From the NCBI GenBank assembly GCA_018304165.1, contig JAGVWS010000034.1, positions 1 to 56,801 of the forward strand: a DNA stretch of 56,801 nucleotides, read 5' to 3'. The DNA comes from Candidatus Pacearchaeota archaeon. Lineage in GTDB: Archaea; Nanobdellota; Nanobdellia; Pacearchaeales; GW2011-AR1. A model generated the notes under the pieces. The model saw only the letters and a list, made by a program, of their open reading frames with translations, was not told where the DNA came from and made no database searches. Below are positions 34,228 through 41,862 of the stretch, piece by piece. The position numbers and the translations under genes are program-made. Within the stretch, counting starts at the first letter, position 1, and each line of letters starts with the position of its first letter.

Positions 34228-34785
34228 TTATTTATAATAAACGCCGAAGCACCTTTGTGAAATTAATGGATTATTTCTGTTGTTAGTCCGCGTCCTTTTT
34301 AATGCCTCCAGCAAACCGCTGTCTCTGCTGACAACAACCACCTTCTCATCTCTTCTTCTCATGTCGCGGGCAAAGTACATTCCAGTAGCTATTAAATCCT
34401 TGTTAACATCTGATAATTCCATGTCAGAAGAATTGTCATCAATTATTCTTAATAATTCTGACCTCTCTGCGTCCGGAATTACTATTACTCTGTTCTGATA
34501 ATCACTTTCAAAAGCGGAAACTATCCTGTCATAGAAGTTGTAGAGTTTGCACATCTCGGAGGCAACTTCTCTATGTTTATCGCCCCTCATTTTAAGGCGC
34601 CTTCTGGTGCCTAGTAGATATTTGATAAGACGCCTCGTTTCATTTAAAACTCCCTGAGTTGTGTAGACAATATCCCTGTTAGCGGCTGCTTCAAGCAGGG
34701 CAGAGAATTCTCTAAATTCATTTAAAGCAATCTTTCTGAATGCTTTAGCTCTGTCTTCGTTAACCATTAAATAAGTTGCAATCAA
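34228..34785 (-). CDS. Hypothetical protein, possibly PIN-like C-terminal domain
   Basis: C-terminal SDVNKDLIATGMYFA...KVVVVSRDSGLLEAL resembles the distal PIN acidic motifs; weak. Confidence 0.35.
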   Translation of the reverse strand: MIATYLMVNEDRAKAFRKIALNEFREFSALLEAAANRDIVYTTQGVLNETRRLIKYLLGTRRRLKMRGDKHREVASEMCKLYNFYDRIVSAFESDYQNRVIVIPDAERSELLRIIDDNSSDMELSDVNKDLIATGMYFARDMRRRDEKVVVVSRDSGLLEALKRTRTNNRNNPLISQRCFGVYYK

Positions 34786-34797
34786 AAACCACTTTAT

Positions 34798-35088
34798 TCA
34801 GATATCGGGAAGTTTGTTAAGATGACTTGTAAATATGGGGCTAATAGCGCTGCTGTCAAAAAAATACGATGCTCCTTTATTTTGAATTATCCTTCGGAAC
34901 CTATTGGGCTGGTATCTCTCGTCAGGGACTTGCTCCATGCCTCTTCTGTAATTCATAGGAATATAGGAAGGAAGAGCTGAATTTGGTCTAAACTTGATTA
35001 TCTCTGGTACATCTCCAAACATTCTTGAGAACTCGTTCTCTAAAATATCTATTCTGTGGTTTCTATTTAAAACTTCCGGCGCTTCCAT
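34798..35088 (-). CDS. Hypothetical protein (96 aa)
   Basis: ORF co-oriented and 12 nt upstream of the next gene. Confidence 0.4.
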   Translation of the reverse strand: MEAPEVLNRNHRIDILENEFSRMFGDVPEIIKFRPNSALPSYIPMNYRRGMEQVPDERYQPNRFRRIIQNKGASYFFDSSAISPIFTSHLNKLPDI

Positions 35089-35150
35089 CAGTTTTTCAGA
35101 AAAGAATCCTTTATAATTATTTATCTGTTATTATACACTATTATAAACTA

Positions 35151-35241
35151 TGGGCCTAGGAGGAATCGAACCCCCATCTGACGGTCACTCCGTTTTTTTG
35201 AAACGCTGGAGCCGTCTATTCTGCCGTTGAAATATAGACCC
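35151..35241 (-). tRNA. tRNA-Trp (CCA) with 20-nt canonical BHB intron (35186-35205)
   Basis: Acceptor GGGTCTA/TAGGCCC, T arm GGGGG-TTCGATT-CCTCC, anticodon stem GACGG/CCGTC. The loop CUCCAG|intron|A folds as a 4-bp CUCC/GGAG helix flanked by 3-nt bulges AGC and UGA, plus a GUUU/AAAC helix. Confidence 0.85.
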
Positions 35242-35295
35242 CGACAAGTAATCATTGCTGATAGAACTTAAAAACCTTGCTAACATATTATTTTT

Positions 35296-35694
35296 ATGAA
35301 TATCATTATCTTAGACACAAACTTTATAATAACGTGCGCGAAGCAGAAAATTTATTTTGAGGAGGAGATAAAAGAGCTGATACCGACGGCAGAGATAGTA
35401 GTGCCTCTGCAGGTTAAGAATGAGCTGAGAAGAATAACTGAAGGAAGAACAGGAGCAAATTATAATGACAGAAGAAATGCCGAGCTGGCTCTGCGGTTAA
35501 TCTCTAAATTCAGGGAAATAAAACTAAAAGGAAAGTATGTTGATAATGGAATAGTTGAGCATTGCGGGAGAAATACAGATAGTAAAAGCGATAAAATCTT
35601 CGTGGCGACCATTGATGCCAGGCTTGCAAGGAAGGTTAAAAGCATTGCTAATGTAATAAAGATTAGGAAGATGAAGAAATTAATGATAGAGTAA
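35296..35694 (+). CDS. PIN-domain protein, Fcf1/Utp24-like (rRNA processing type)
   Basis: IIILDTNFII, VPLQVKNEL, VATIDARLARKVK motifs; conserved position upstream of rpoE'/spt4/S24e/S27ae. Confidence 0.7.
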   Translation: MNIIILDTNFIITCAKQKIYFEEEIKELIPTAEIVVPLQVKNELRRITEGRTGANYNDRRNAELALRLISKFREIKLKGKYVDNGIVEHCGRNTDSKSDKIFVATIDARLARKVKSIANVIKIRKMKKLMIE

Positions 35695-35725
35695 TCTTTA
35701 AAAAGGTGTTTTTGTCTTATTCTTT

Positions 35726-36337
35726 ATGTTCTATCTGGCTGAAGTTGAGGATTATATAAGAGTTGAGCCGAGGCTCTTCGGGCTTGATACTCAGGAGGCC
35801 GTAAGACAGCAGCTTAGGATTACTTATTCAGGATTTGTGAATAAAGAGCTTGGGTATGTTGTCTCGGTTGTGGGCGTTCTTAATGTGCAGGAGGGGGTTG
35901 TAATACCCGGAGATGGGGCTGTTTATTATAACTCAAAGTTTAAGATGCTTGTGTGGAAGCCCGAGCTTCAGGAGCTTGTTTATTGCATTGTCAAAGAAGT
36001 TGCTAATTTTGGGGCATTTATGAATATGAGTGTTATTGATGGATTGATGCATGTAACACAGGTAACTGATGATTATGTAAGCTTTTCAAAATCGGGCTCT
36101 TTAACTTCAAGGTCTGGAAAAAAAAGTCTTAAGAAAGGGGACTTGTGCCTGGCGAGGATTGTCGCTATAAGCTACAAAGCCGGCGAGCCAAAGATGAGCC
36201 TTACTATGAGGCAGCCAGGGCTTGGAAAACTGGAATGGATTAAGGAAGAAAAGAGAAAGGCGAAGACAAAGCCTTCAAAGAATGAAGGGGAAGAAAGAGA
36301 AGGAAAAACAAGCAAGTCTAAGAAAAAGAAAGAATAA
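35726..36337 (+). CDS. rpo7: DNA-directed RNA polymerase subunit E' (Rpo7) with Lys-rich C-terminal tail
   Basis: MFYLAEVEDYIRVEPRLFG N-terminus and S1 domain (FGAFMNMSVIDGLMHVTQV). Confidence 0.9.
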   Translation: MFYLAEVEDYIRVEPRLFGLDTQEAVRQQLRITYSGFVNKELGYVVSVVGVLNVQEGVVIPGDGAVYYNSKFKMLVWKPELQELVYCIVKEVANFGAFMNMSVIDGLMHVTQVTDDYVSFSKSGSLTSRSGKKSLKKGDLCLARIVAISYKAGEPKMSLTMRQPGLGKLEWIKEEKRKAKTKPSKNEGEEREGKTSKSKKKKE

Positions 36338-36378
36338 ATTGAAGAGAGAACAGGAAAGAATAATAAAGGATATATAAA

Positions 36379-36567
36379 ATGTCACAGAAGAAAGCCTGCA
36401 AAAATTGCAGGAGAATTTATGAAGAGCAGGCATGTCCTAATTGCAGCAGCAATGATTCAACAAAAGAATACAAGGGAGTGGTTGTGATTTTTGATCCGCA
36501 GAATTCTGAAATAGCCAAGAATATGAAGATAGACAAGGCGGGCGAGTATGCTATAAAGGCAAGGTAA
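36379..36567 (+). CDS. spt4: Transcription elongation factor Spt4 (RpoE'')
   Basis: CKNCRRIY..QACPNCSS zinc ribbon, 62 aa, follows rpo7. Confidence 0.85.
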   Translation: MSQKKACKNCRRIYEEQACPNCSSNDSTKEYKGVVVIFDPQNSEIAKNMKIDKAGEYAIKAR

Positions 36568-36645
36568 GAATAATATGAAAAAAGCAATTATAGTTACAAA
36601 TAAGACTACTAACAAAAAAGCCAAAAGTCAATTGTAATAGATAAT

Positions 36646-36945
36646 ATGGAAAACTTTAAAGTTGTCAGAGAATTTGAGAATAAATTATTAAATTTCAGGG
36701 AAGTAGAAGCTACTTCCAGCTTCTCCAGGACTCCCTCCAAGCAGGAAGTTGTGGCGATGTTTTGTAAAAAATACAATTCTAATGAAGAGTGCTGTGTTGT
36801 CAAGAAGATTTACGGCAATTTTGGGACATCCACTTTTACGATTGTTGTCAGAATTTATCCTGATAAAGAGTCAAGGGATAAAATTGAAAAGAAGAAAGTA
36901 AATGGCAAGAGTTCGCCGGCTCCGGCGAAGGAAGCAGGAAAATAA
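36646..36945 (+). CDS. rps24e: 30S ribosomal protein S24e
   Basis: FENKLLNFREVEA...TPSKQEVVAMFCKKYN...VVKKIYGNFGTSTFTIVVRIY. Confidence 0.85.
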   Translation: MENFKVVREFENKLLNFREVEATSSFSRTPSKQEVVAMFCKKYNSNEECCVVKKIYGNFGTSTFTIVVRIYPDKESRDKIEKKKVNGKSSPAPAKEAGK

Positions 36946-36961
36946 AAATTTAACAAGCAAA

Positions 36962-37237
36962 ATGGCAGGAAGAGAAGAAAAGAAAGAAGAGAAGAAGGAA
37001 AAAAAGGTGCATGTTTCAAAAGGCAAGCGCAAGAAGAAAAAACATGCTTTAAGCAGGAAGTACAAGATGTATACTATTCAGGGAGACAAGGTAGTTGCAC
37101 GAAAAAGACACTGCCCGAGGTGCGGGCCTGGAATCTTTCTGGCAGCTGCGCAGAACAGGGCTTTTTGCGGGAAGTGCGCTTATACAGAGTTTGCAAGTTC
37201 AACGGCTGCAGCAACAACTGCGGCGGGGAAGAAGTGA
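36962..37237 (+). CDS. rps27ae: 30S ribosomal protein S27ae with Lys/Glu-rich N-terminal extension
   Basis: CPRCGPGIFLA...CGKC zinc ribbon; ATG at 36962 chosen so as not to overlap S24e (the ORF track starts at 36902). Confidence 0.8.
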   Translation: MAGREEKKEEKKEKKVHVSKGKRKKKKHALSRKYKMYTIQGDKVVARKRHCPRCGPGIFLAAAQNRAFCGKCAYTEFASSTAAATTAAGKK

Positions 37238-37368
37238 CTATTTACAGATAATAATTAGAATGATTGGTCGTTTTCCGGATCAACTTTTAGAAATTCACTT
37301 CAATAACACCATCAACTTAAAATGGCTTATTATGCATTATTGGCTGTAGGGAATTATTTATTTTCTTA

Positions 37369-37513
37369 TAGATAATTCCCTTGATTATAGTACTTTCTTT
37401 GGAATTATCTATCACGGGACTGAGAAAACCTTCGGTTGTCAAGATGCTGAAGATGTTGCATCTTGAACACACTCAAGAACTCACGTTCTTGCTACAATTA
37501 TCAGAATTCACGA
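37369..37513 (+). mobile_element. MITE copy C (full form, 145 bp) flanked by TA/TA; carries the double-hairpin module (37438-37491)
   Basis: Left hairpin ATAGATAATTCC/GGAATTATCTAT, central 70-nt block, right end GCTACAATTATCAGAATTCACGA; TA at 37367-37368 and 37514-37515. Confidence 0.8.
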
Positions 37514-37542
37514 TAACTATAATCAAAATTATTTTAGTCGCG

Positions 37543-38562
37543 CTAGCTTGCTGTTCCTAGAAAATAATTTTTGTCTTTGTCCTTGCTGTCAAATAAGACG
37601 CTTAAACTTTGGCCTGTAATGTCCCTGTAAATAGCTTCGCCAAACAGCGAAACAAGGCTTATAATTTCTATATTTAAATCGCCATTTTTTTCAACATTGA
37701 GGGTATCAGAGACAAATATTTTATCAAAACCACTTAAAGCCTTTGTACCTTTGCTGAATATTCCATGAGTGCCATAAGCACTGACATTTTTAGCGCCCCT
37801 CCTCTTAAGTTCTTCAAGAGTCATGAGCAAAGTTCCTCCGCTGTCAATTATATCATCAACAATGAGGCAGTTTTTGTCTTCAACTTCTCCTATTATTCTT
37901 ACTTCTTCTACTTTTCCAGCTTCTTTTCTTGTTTTGTAGCCGATGGCTACTTCCGGCTTGAAACCATACCTCTCAAATCTTTCAGAAAAATCAACGGCTC
38001 TCTTGGCGCCTCCAGCATCAGGGGAAACTATAATTAAATTGTTTAAAATCTCCTTATGATTTTTTACTATATAATCAACAACACTTGGAGCGCTGGATAA
38101 TTCATCACAGGGGATTTCAAAGAAGCTGCTGGTTGTTGAATTGTGCAAATCAACAGTCATAATTCTATCAGCATATTGGGAAATCATCTTAGCCAGGGCT
38201 TTCATATTAACGCTGACTCTGCTTTCATCTTTTCTGTCCTGGCGGGCGAAGCGGGTGTAAGGGATAATAACATTGACCTCATTTTTTGAGGAGAAACGCA
38301 TTGCCTGAATCGCAAATTCCAGCTGAACATACCAATCAGCGGGGTTATTGTTAGAATCATGTATAAAGCAGCACCTTCTTCCCCTTATATTATCCTTAAT
38401 TCTTACCTTAAATTCCCCATCTTTAAACTTCTTAACTTCCATATCAATAAGTTTGATGTCAAAATCTCTTCCAGGCCTCTCTGAAATATTATTATAAATG
38501 CCCTTTGCAAAACTATACCCCCTGCCATTTGGATCTGCTATTATTGCAACACCCTTTTCCAT
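37543..38562 (-). CDS. prs: Ribose-phosphate pyrophosphokinase
   Basis: DLHNSTT, VSPDAGGAKRA and PRPP-binding loop LIVDDIIDSGGT. Confidence 0.9.
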   Translation of the reverse strand: MEKGVAIIADPNGRGYSFAKGIYNNISERPGRDFDIKLIDMEVKKFKDGEFKVRIKDNIRGRRCCFIHDSNNNPADWYVQLEFAIQAMRFSSKNEVNVIIPYTRFARQDRKDESRVSVNMKALAKMISQYADRIMTVDLHNSTTSSFFEIPCDELSSAPSVVDYIVKNHKEILNNLIIVSPDAGGAKRAVDFSERFERYGFKPEVAIGYKTRKEAGKVEEVRIIGEVEDKNCLIVDDIIDSGGTLLMTLEELKRRGAKNVSAYGTHGIFSKGTKALSGFDKIFVSDTLNVEKNGDLNIEIISLVSLFGEAIYRDITGQSLSVLFDSKDKDKNYFLGTAS

Positions 38563-38739
38563 GAAATAAAAAATAATACCATCTATTTAAGGATTATTGG
38601 GGTAGGAAAATAAATGAAAATGAAAACACGGGGCAACTTACATAATAAATGCCGATTTTCCGTGAAAGATTAAATCTTTTTTTTGTTTTAAATATAAAAT
38701 TCTTAAAAAGTTAAGCGGTCGTTTCAAACAGTGCCAGAT

Positions 38740-38791
38740 GTCAAGATGCTGGATTTGCATCTTGAACACTATCAAGATTTAACAATCTTGA
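38740..38791 (+). other. Free-standing double-hairpin element (candidate small RNA)
   Basis: G-TCAAGATGC-tggattt-GCATCTTGA-ACACTA-TCAAGATT-taac-AATCTTGA; TATA-like TTTAAATATAAAA at ~38688-38700. Confidence 0.45.
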
Positions 38792-38861
38792 AGTTTTAGA
38801 CAGGGTTGTTTTATAGCTCAACTCTTTTTGAATTATCAAATCGATTGACTATGACTCTTTT

Positions 38862-39065
38862 TATCACCTCGCCTCTAGTTAGCCCAGAATTATTGCGAGA
38901 TAATAACTGTTCATCCTCTTGCGTTTTAAAACCCTGGAAGTGTAAGGCACCTAAGGTTCCTTGCTAACAACCTCCTAGATTTCAACTAATTTTAAAACCC
39001 TGGAAGAGGCTCTTTGGCGATAAATTAGTATGCCTGAAGCCTCTTCTGGGTAAAAAGAGGTGATA
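38862..39065 (-). ncRNA. Candidate structured ncRNA (~200 nt), family unknown
   Basis: Minus-strand BRE/TATA (AAAAGGTTTAAATA, 39083-39096) puts a start at ~39063. Nested helices: 39057-39065/38862-38870 (9 bp), 39044-39050/38883-38889 (7 bp), hairpin 39003-39011/39038-39046 (9 bp). Internal 17-nt direct repeat at 38924 and 38990. Confidence 0.4.
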
Positions 39066-39170
39066 GTAATTGTAAGGATTCAGGGTATTTAAACCTTTTG
39101 GTTGAACGTCACTATATAATGATAACAAAATTATCTTGCTGAATTTCTTTTAACCTGCTAACAATGCTGA

Positions 39171-39372
39171 TAATGGTTAACTCAAGGTTTAAAAATCTTT
39201 TACTAAAGCGTGAGATTTTTAGACCTCTTGTCAACAATACTTAATGGTTAACTCAAAGTTTAAAAATCTTTTACTAAAGCGTGAGATTTTTAGACCTCTC
39301 GTCAACAATACTTAATGGTTAACTCAAGGTTTAGAAATTTTTTAAATTTCAAGACCTTCAATTTTTACAAAT
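39171..39372 (+). repeat. 71-bp tandem repeat (2 full units + degenerate third), each carrying a BRE/TATA-like box
   Basis: 39171-39241 and 39242-39312 differ at 2 positions; third unit degenerates into the scpA promoter; box CAAGGTTTAAAAATC in each. Confidence 0.85.
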
Positions 39373-40356
39373 ATGAAAGTTTATAAGTTTTGTTATGCTG
39401 TGGATTGCATGGAAATTATTGGAGGAGGTGTAAAAGAGGCTGGTGAATCTGCTAGAGATGCTGATAATATGAAGCCTGCTAAACTTGATATGATGGACCA
39501 CGAGCATGTTTATAATATCCTCATAGACAATGAGATAGGGTGGCAGGCAATACTTTATGAGCTGATTAATACAGAGCAGCTGGACCCCTGGAATCTGGAC
39601 CTTGCAGCCTTAGCTCAGAAATACCTTGAAAAAATAAGGGAGCTTGAGGAGGCAAATTTCTTCGTGTCCAGCAGCGTGATACTGGCAGCGTCACTTCTCT
39701 TGAGGATTAAATCAGAAATACTTCGGGAGAAGTATATAAGAAGCCTTGATGAGATTCTCTTTGGAAAGAAGGAAAAAGAGAAGGCAAGCATTGAAAGGCT
39801 TGAGATTGATGAAAGCGAGCTGCCTCTTATTTACCCGAGGAGTCCTCTGCCGAGGATGAAGAAAGTTACTTTGCAGGAATTAGTAAATGCTTTAAGCAAA
39901 GCAATAGGAACTGAAAACAGGAGGATAAAGAAAGAGATTGTGCTGAGAAGCGCCCGGAGAGAGGCAGAGATAGTCTTTCCGAGGTTCAGGATAAAGATAC
40001 AGGACAGGATAAGGCATATTTATGCTAAAATTATCTCTAAATTCAAGCAGAGAAAGGAGAGGATTCCTTACTCTGACATAGCTGTGAGCAAGGAGGAAAA
40101 GATTGCCGGATTTCTTCCAGTGCTTCACCTAGACAACCAGCAGAAGATATTTCTGGAGCAGGAGAGACACTTTGATGAGATTTATGTATGGCTCTATACG
40201 CACTATAGGAAGGAATTTCTTGAGAAGGAAAAGGAAGCGCTTAAAGAGCTGGTTGAAGAGGAAAAGAAAGAGCTGAAGGAGATGAATGATGCGGAAAAAA
40301 TCTCCAGGAAAACGGGATTTGACAATCCTTTGGCGGAATTGTTTGGGGAGATTTGA
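39373..40356 (+). CDS. scpA: Segregation and condensation protein A (kleisin)
   Basis: LDPWNLDLAALAQKYLEKIRELEEANFFVSSSVILAASLLLRIKSE is the ScpA N-terminal signature. Confidence 0.8.
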   Translation: MKVYKFCYAVDCMEIIGGGVKEAGESARDADNMKPAKLDMMDHEHVYNILIDNEIGWQAILYELINTEQLDPWNLDLAALAQKYLEKIRELEEANFFVSSSVILAASLLLRIKSEILREKYIRSLDEILFGKKEKEKASIERLEIDESELPLIYPRSPLPRMKKVTLQELVNALSKAIGTENRRIKKEIVLRSARREAEIVFPRFRIKIQDRIRHIYAKIISKFKQRKERIPYSDIAVSKEEKIAGFLPVLHLDNQQKIFLEQERHFDEIYVWLYTHYRKEFLEKEKEALKELVEEEKKELKEMNDAEKISRKTGFDNPLAELFGEI

Positions 40357-40625
40357 TTGAAGATAGATTCTTCCAGCTCTGATGCATCGGTAAAAATAAA
40401 AATATAACAAACAACAATATTATTAATCATTAGATGAACATCAAATAAAATTAGATAGTCTGTCAATTAATAGTGCTATTATTCTTTGGCAATTATAGCA
40501 ATAACATACAAAATAATTTGTAAAAGTCAGCTTAAAAAATTGATAATGCTAAGTATTAATTTTACGCGTAGTCCTTAAACTATAGCATAAGACTTTAATA
40601 TTTCCCCATAATGTCTTATGATACA

Positions 40626-40678
40626 TCAAGGATGTTAATCCTTGAGTGCGTTCAAGATGCATCTCCAAGCATCTTGAC
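40626..40678 (-). other. Free-standing double-hairpin element (minus orientation)
   Basis: Reverse complement reads G-TCAAGATGC-ttggagat-GCATCTTGA-ACGCAC-TCAAGGAT-taac-ATCCTTGA; a third 8-bp hairpin (CATAAGAC/GTCTTATG) follows at ~40581-40620. Confidence 0.45.
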
Positions 40679-40849
40679 ACATGGTGAAATATTTTGGTTT
40701 CTCGTTATAACTAATAACACTTAATAAATCAGCTTAAGATGCGTGCATTTGTCTAATAATAATTTATTTTAAATAAGCTATTTTATAATGTTTATATCAG
40801 ATGTTATTAATGCTCTGCTCAAGATTTAGCTAGGATTGACTCTAATCGT

Positions 40850-41749
40850 TTAACTTTTATAATTCTTCTCCTTTAGGCCACTTAACAAAAAGTTTTCAAA
40901 TGCAGTTCGATTGACTTTCTGAATAGGATATTCAACGGCTACCTTGCTTTCTGGATTTATTCTGCCTAACAACTCTTGCGCTCTTTTAATATATTCTTTT
41001 CCGGTTACTGTAAAAGTCTGGTATCCATTAAGTGCAGAAAGTACTGGAAAGAAACCCTCTTCCGGGATAAATCTTCCACTCCTGATAATCTCGTCGCCAG
41101 AAACGTTGCAGCAGGTTAGATCCCGGCCGAGAACAGTATCCTGGAAAGTATTGCATTTTGGGCAGATAGCTCTTGCTGGAACTTCTCCAAATCTTTCTAT
41201 TAAACTGTATGTGATGTCTGGTCTTTTTGAAAAGATATCCTCCAAAAGTATTGTCTTAACTGGCTTGAGAAAAAATATAGACAAAGAATTCATAAATTCT
41301 CTCAGGTTTCTGGAGGATCGCGCCATTTCTGGAATGGCTTGAGATAGTTCATCATATCTCCTTTCTAACTTGACTTTGTTTTTTAATCTCCATGCATATT
41401 CCCGTATTATTCTGCCTACAATTTTTGGTTTTGCCTCCAAGAAGCTAGATCTTATGCTGTCTGGGCTCGGGGCAGGCACAGCATCAGAACTTATGTCTGT
41501 GTTGCCGTTTGGAACATTAACAGAGAATTTTATCTGTTTAACTTTATAACTTTCTCCTAAAGGAAGAATTCTCTCAAGTCTTGCGAGATTAAACGGATCT
41601 AGGATAGCAACCATTTGATTATCAGAATAGCCTAAAGCGTAAGCTATCTCTTTTTTAGTCTTTCCCAATATATTTGACGGAGTACCGCCGATATCTAACA
41701 TCATTGTCCTGCTTTCTAGAATGTCTTGCATTATTATAGCTGAGGACAC
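40850..41749 (-). CDS. Hypothetical protein (299 aa) with a possible Cys-rich knuckle (CPKC...CC)
   Basis: Long clean ORF; no family recognised. Confidence 0.5.
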   Translation of the reverse strand: MSSAIIMQDILESRTMMLDIGGTPSNILGKTKKEIAYALGYSDNQMVAILDPFNLARLERILPLGESYKVKQIKFSVNVPNGNTDISSDAVPAPSPDSIRSSFLEAKPKIVGRIIREYAWRLKNKVKLERRYDELSQAIPEMARSSRNLREFMNSLSIFFLKPVKTILLEDIFSKRPDITYSLIERFGEVPARAICPKCNTFQDTVLGRDLTCCNVSGDEIIRSGRFIPEEGFFPVLSALNGYQTFTVTGKEYIKRAQELLGRINPESKVAVEYPIQKVNRTAFENFLLSGLKEKNYKS

Positions 41750-41862
41750 AAATAATCATCCGCGTTGTCCTCTGCTATTTAGGAAAAGATTAATGTTTTT
41801 TACTATAGATAAACATTAACTCCAATTGCTTAGTTCAGTAGCTTGCTACATCAACTATCAAC

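Noticed and set aside
36902-36961. Upstream start (36902) for S27ae given in the ORF track
   Set aside because: It would overlap the S24e 3' end by 44 nt. The ATG at 36962 gives a clean non-overlapping gene.
37390-37440. TPP-riboswitch-like CUGAGA...ACC motif inside the MITE
   Set aside because: Only the CUGAGA hexamer matches. The ACCUGAUC and GCG.AGGGA elements and the P4/P5 arm are missing.
38862-39065. RNase P RNA or SRP RNA
   Set aside because: It is too short, and it lacks the universally conserved P4/CR-I (GGAAAGUCC-like) sequence and the SRP helix-8 GNAR/AGCA motifs on either strand.
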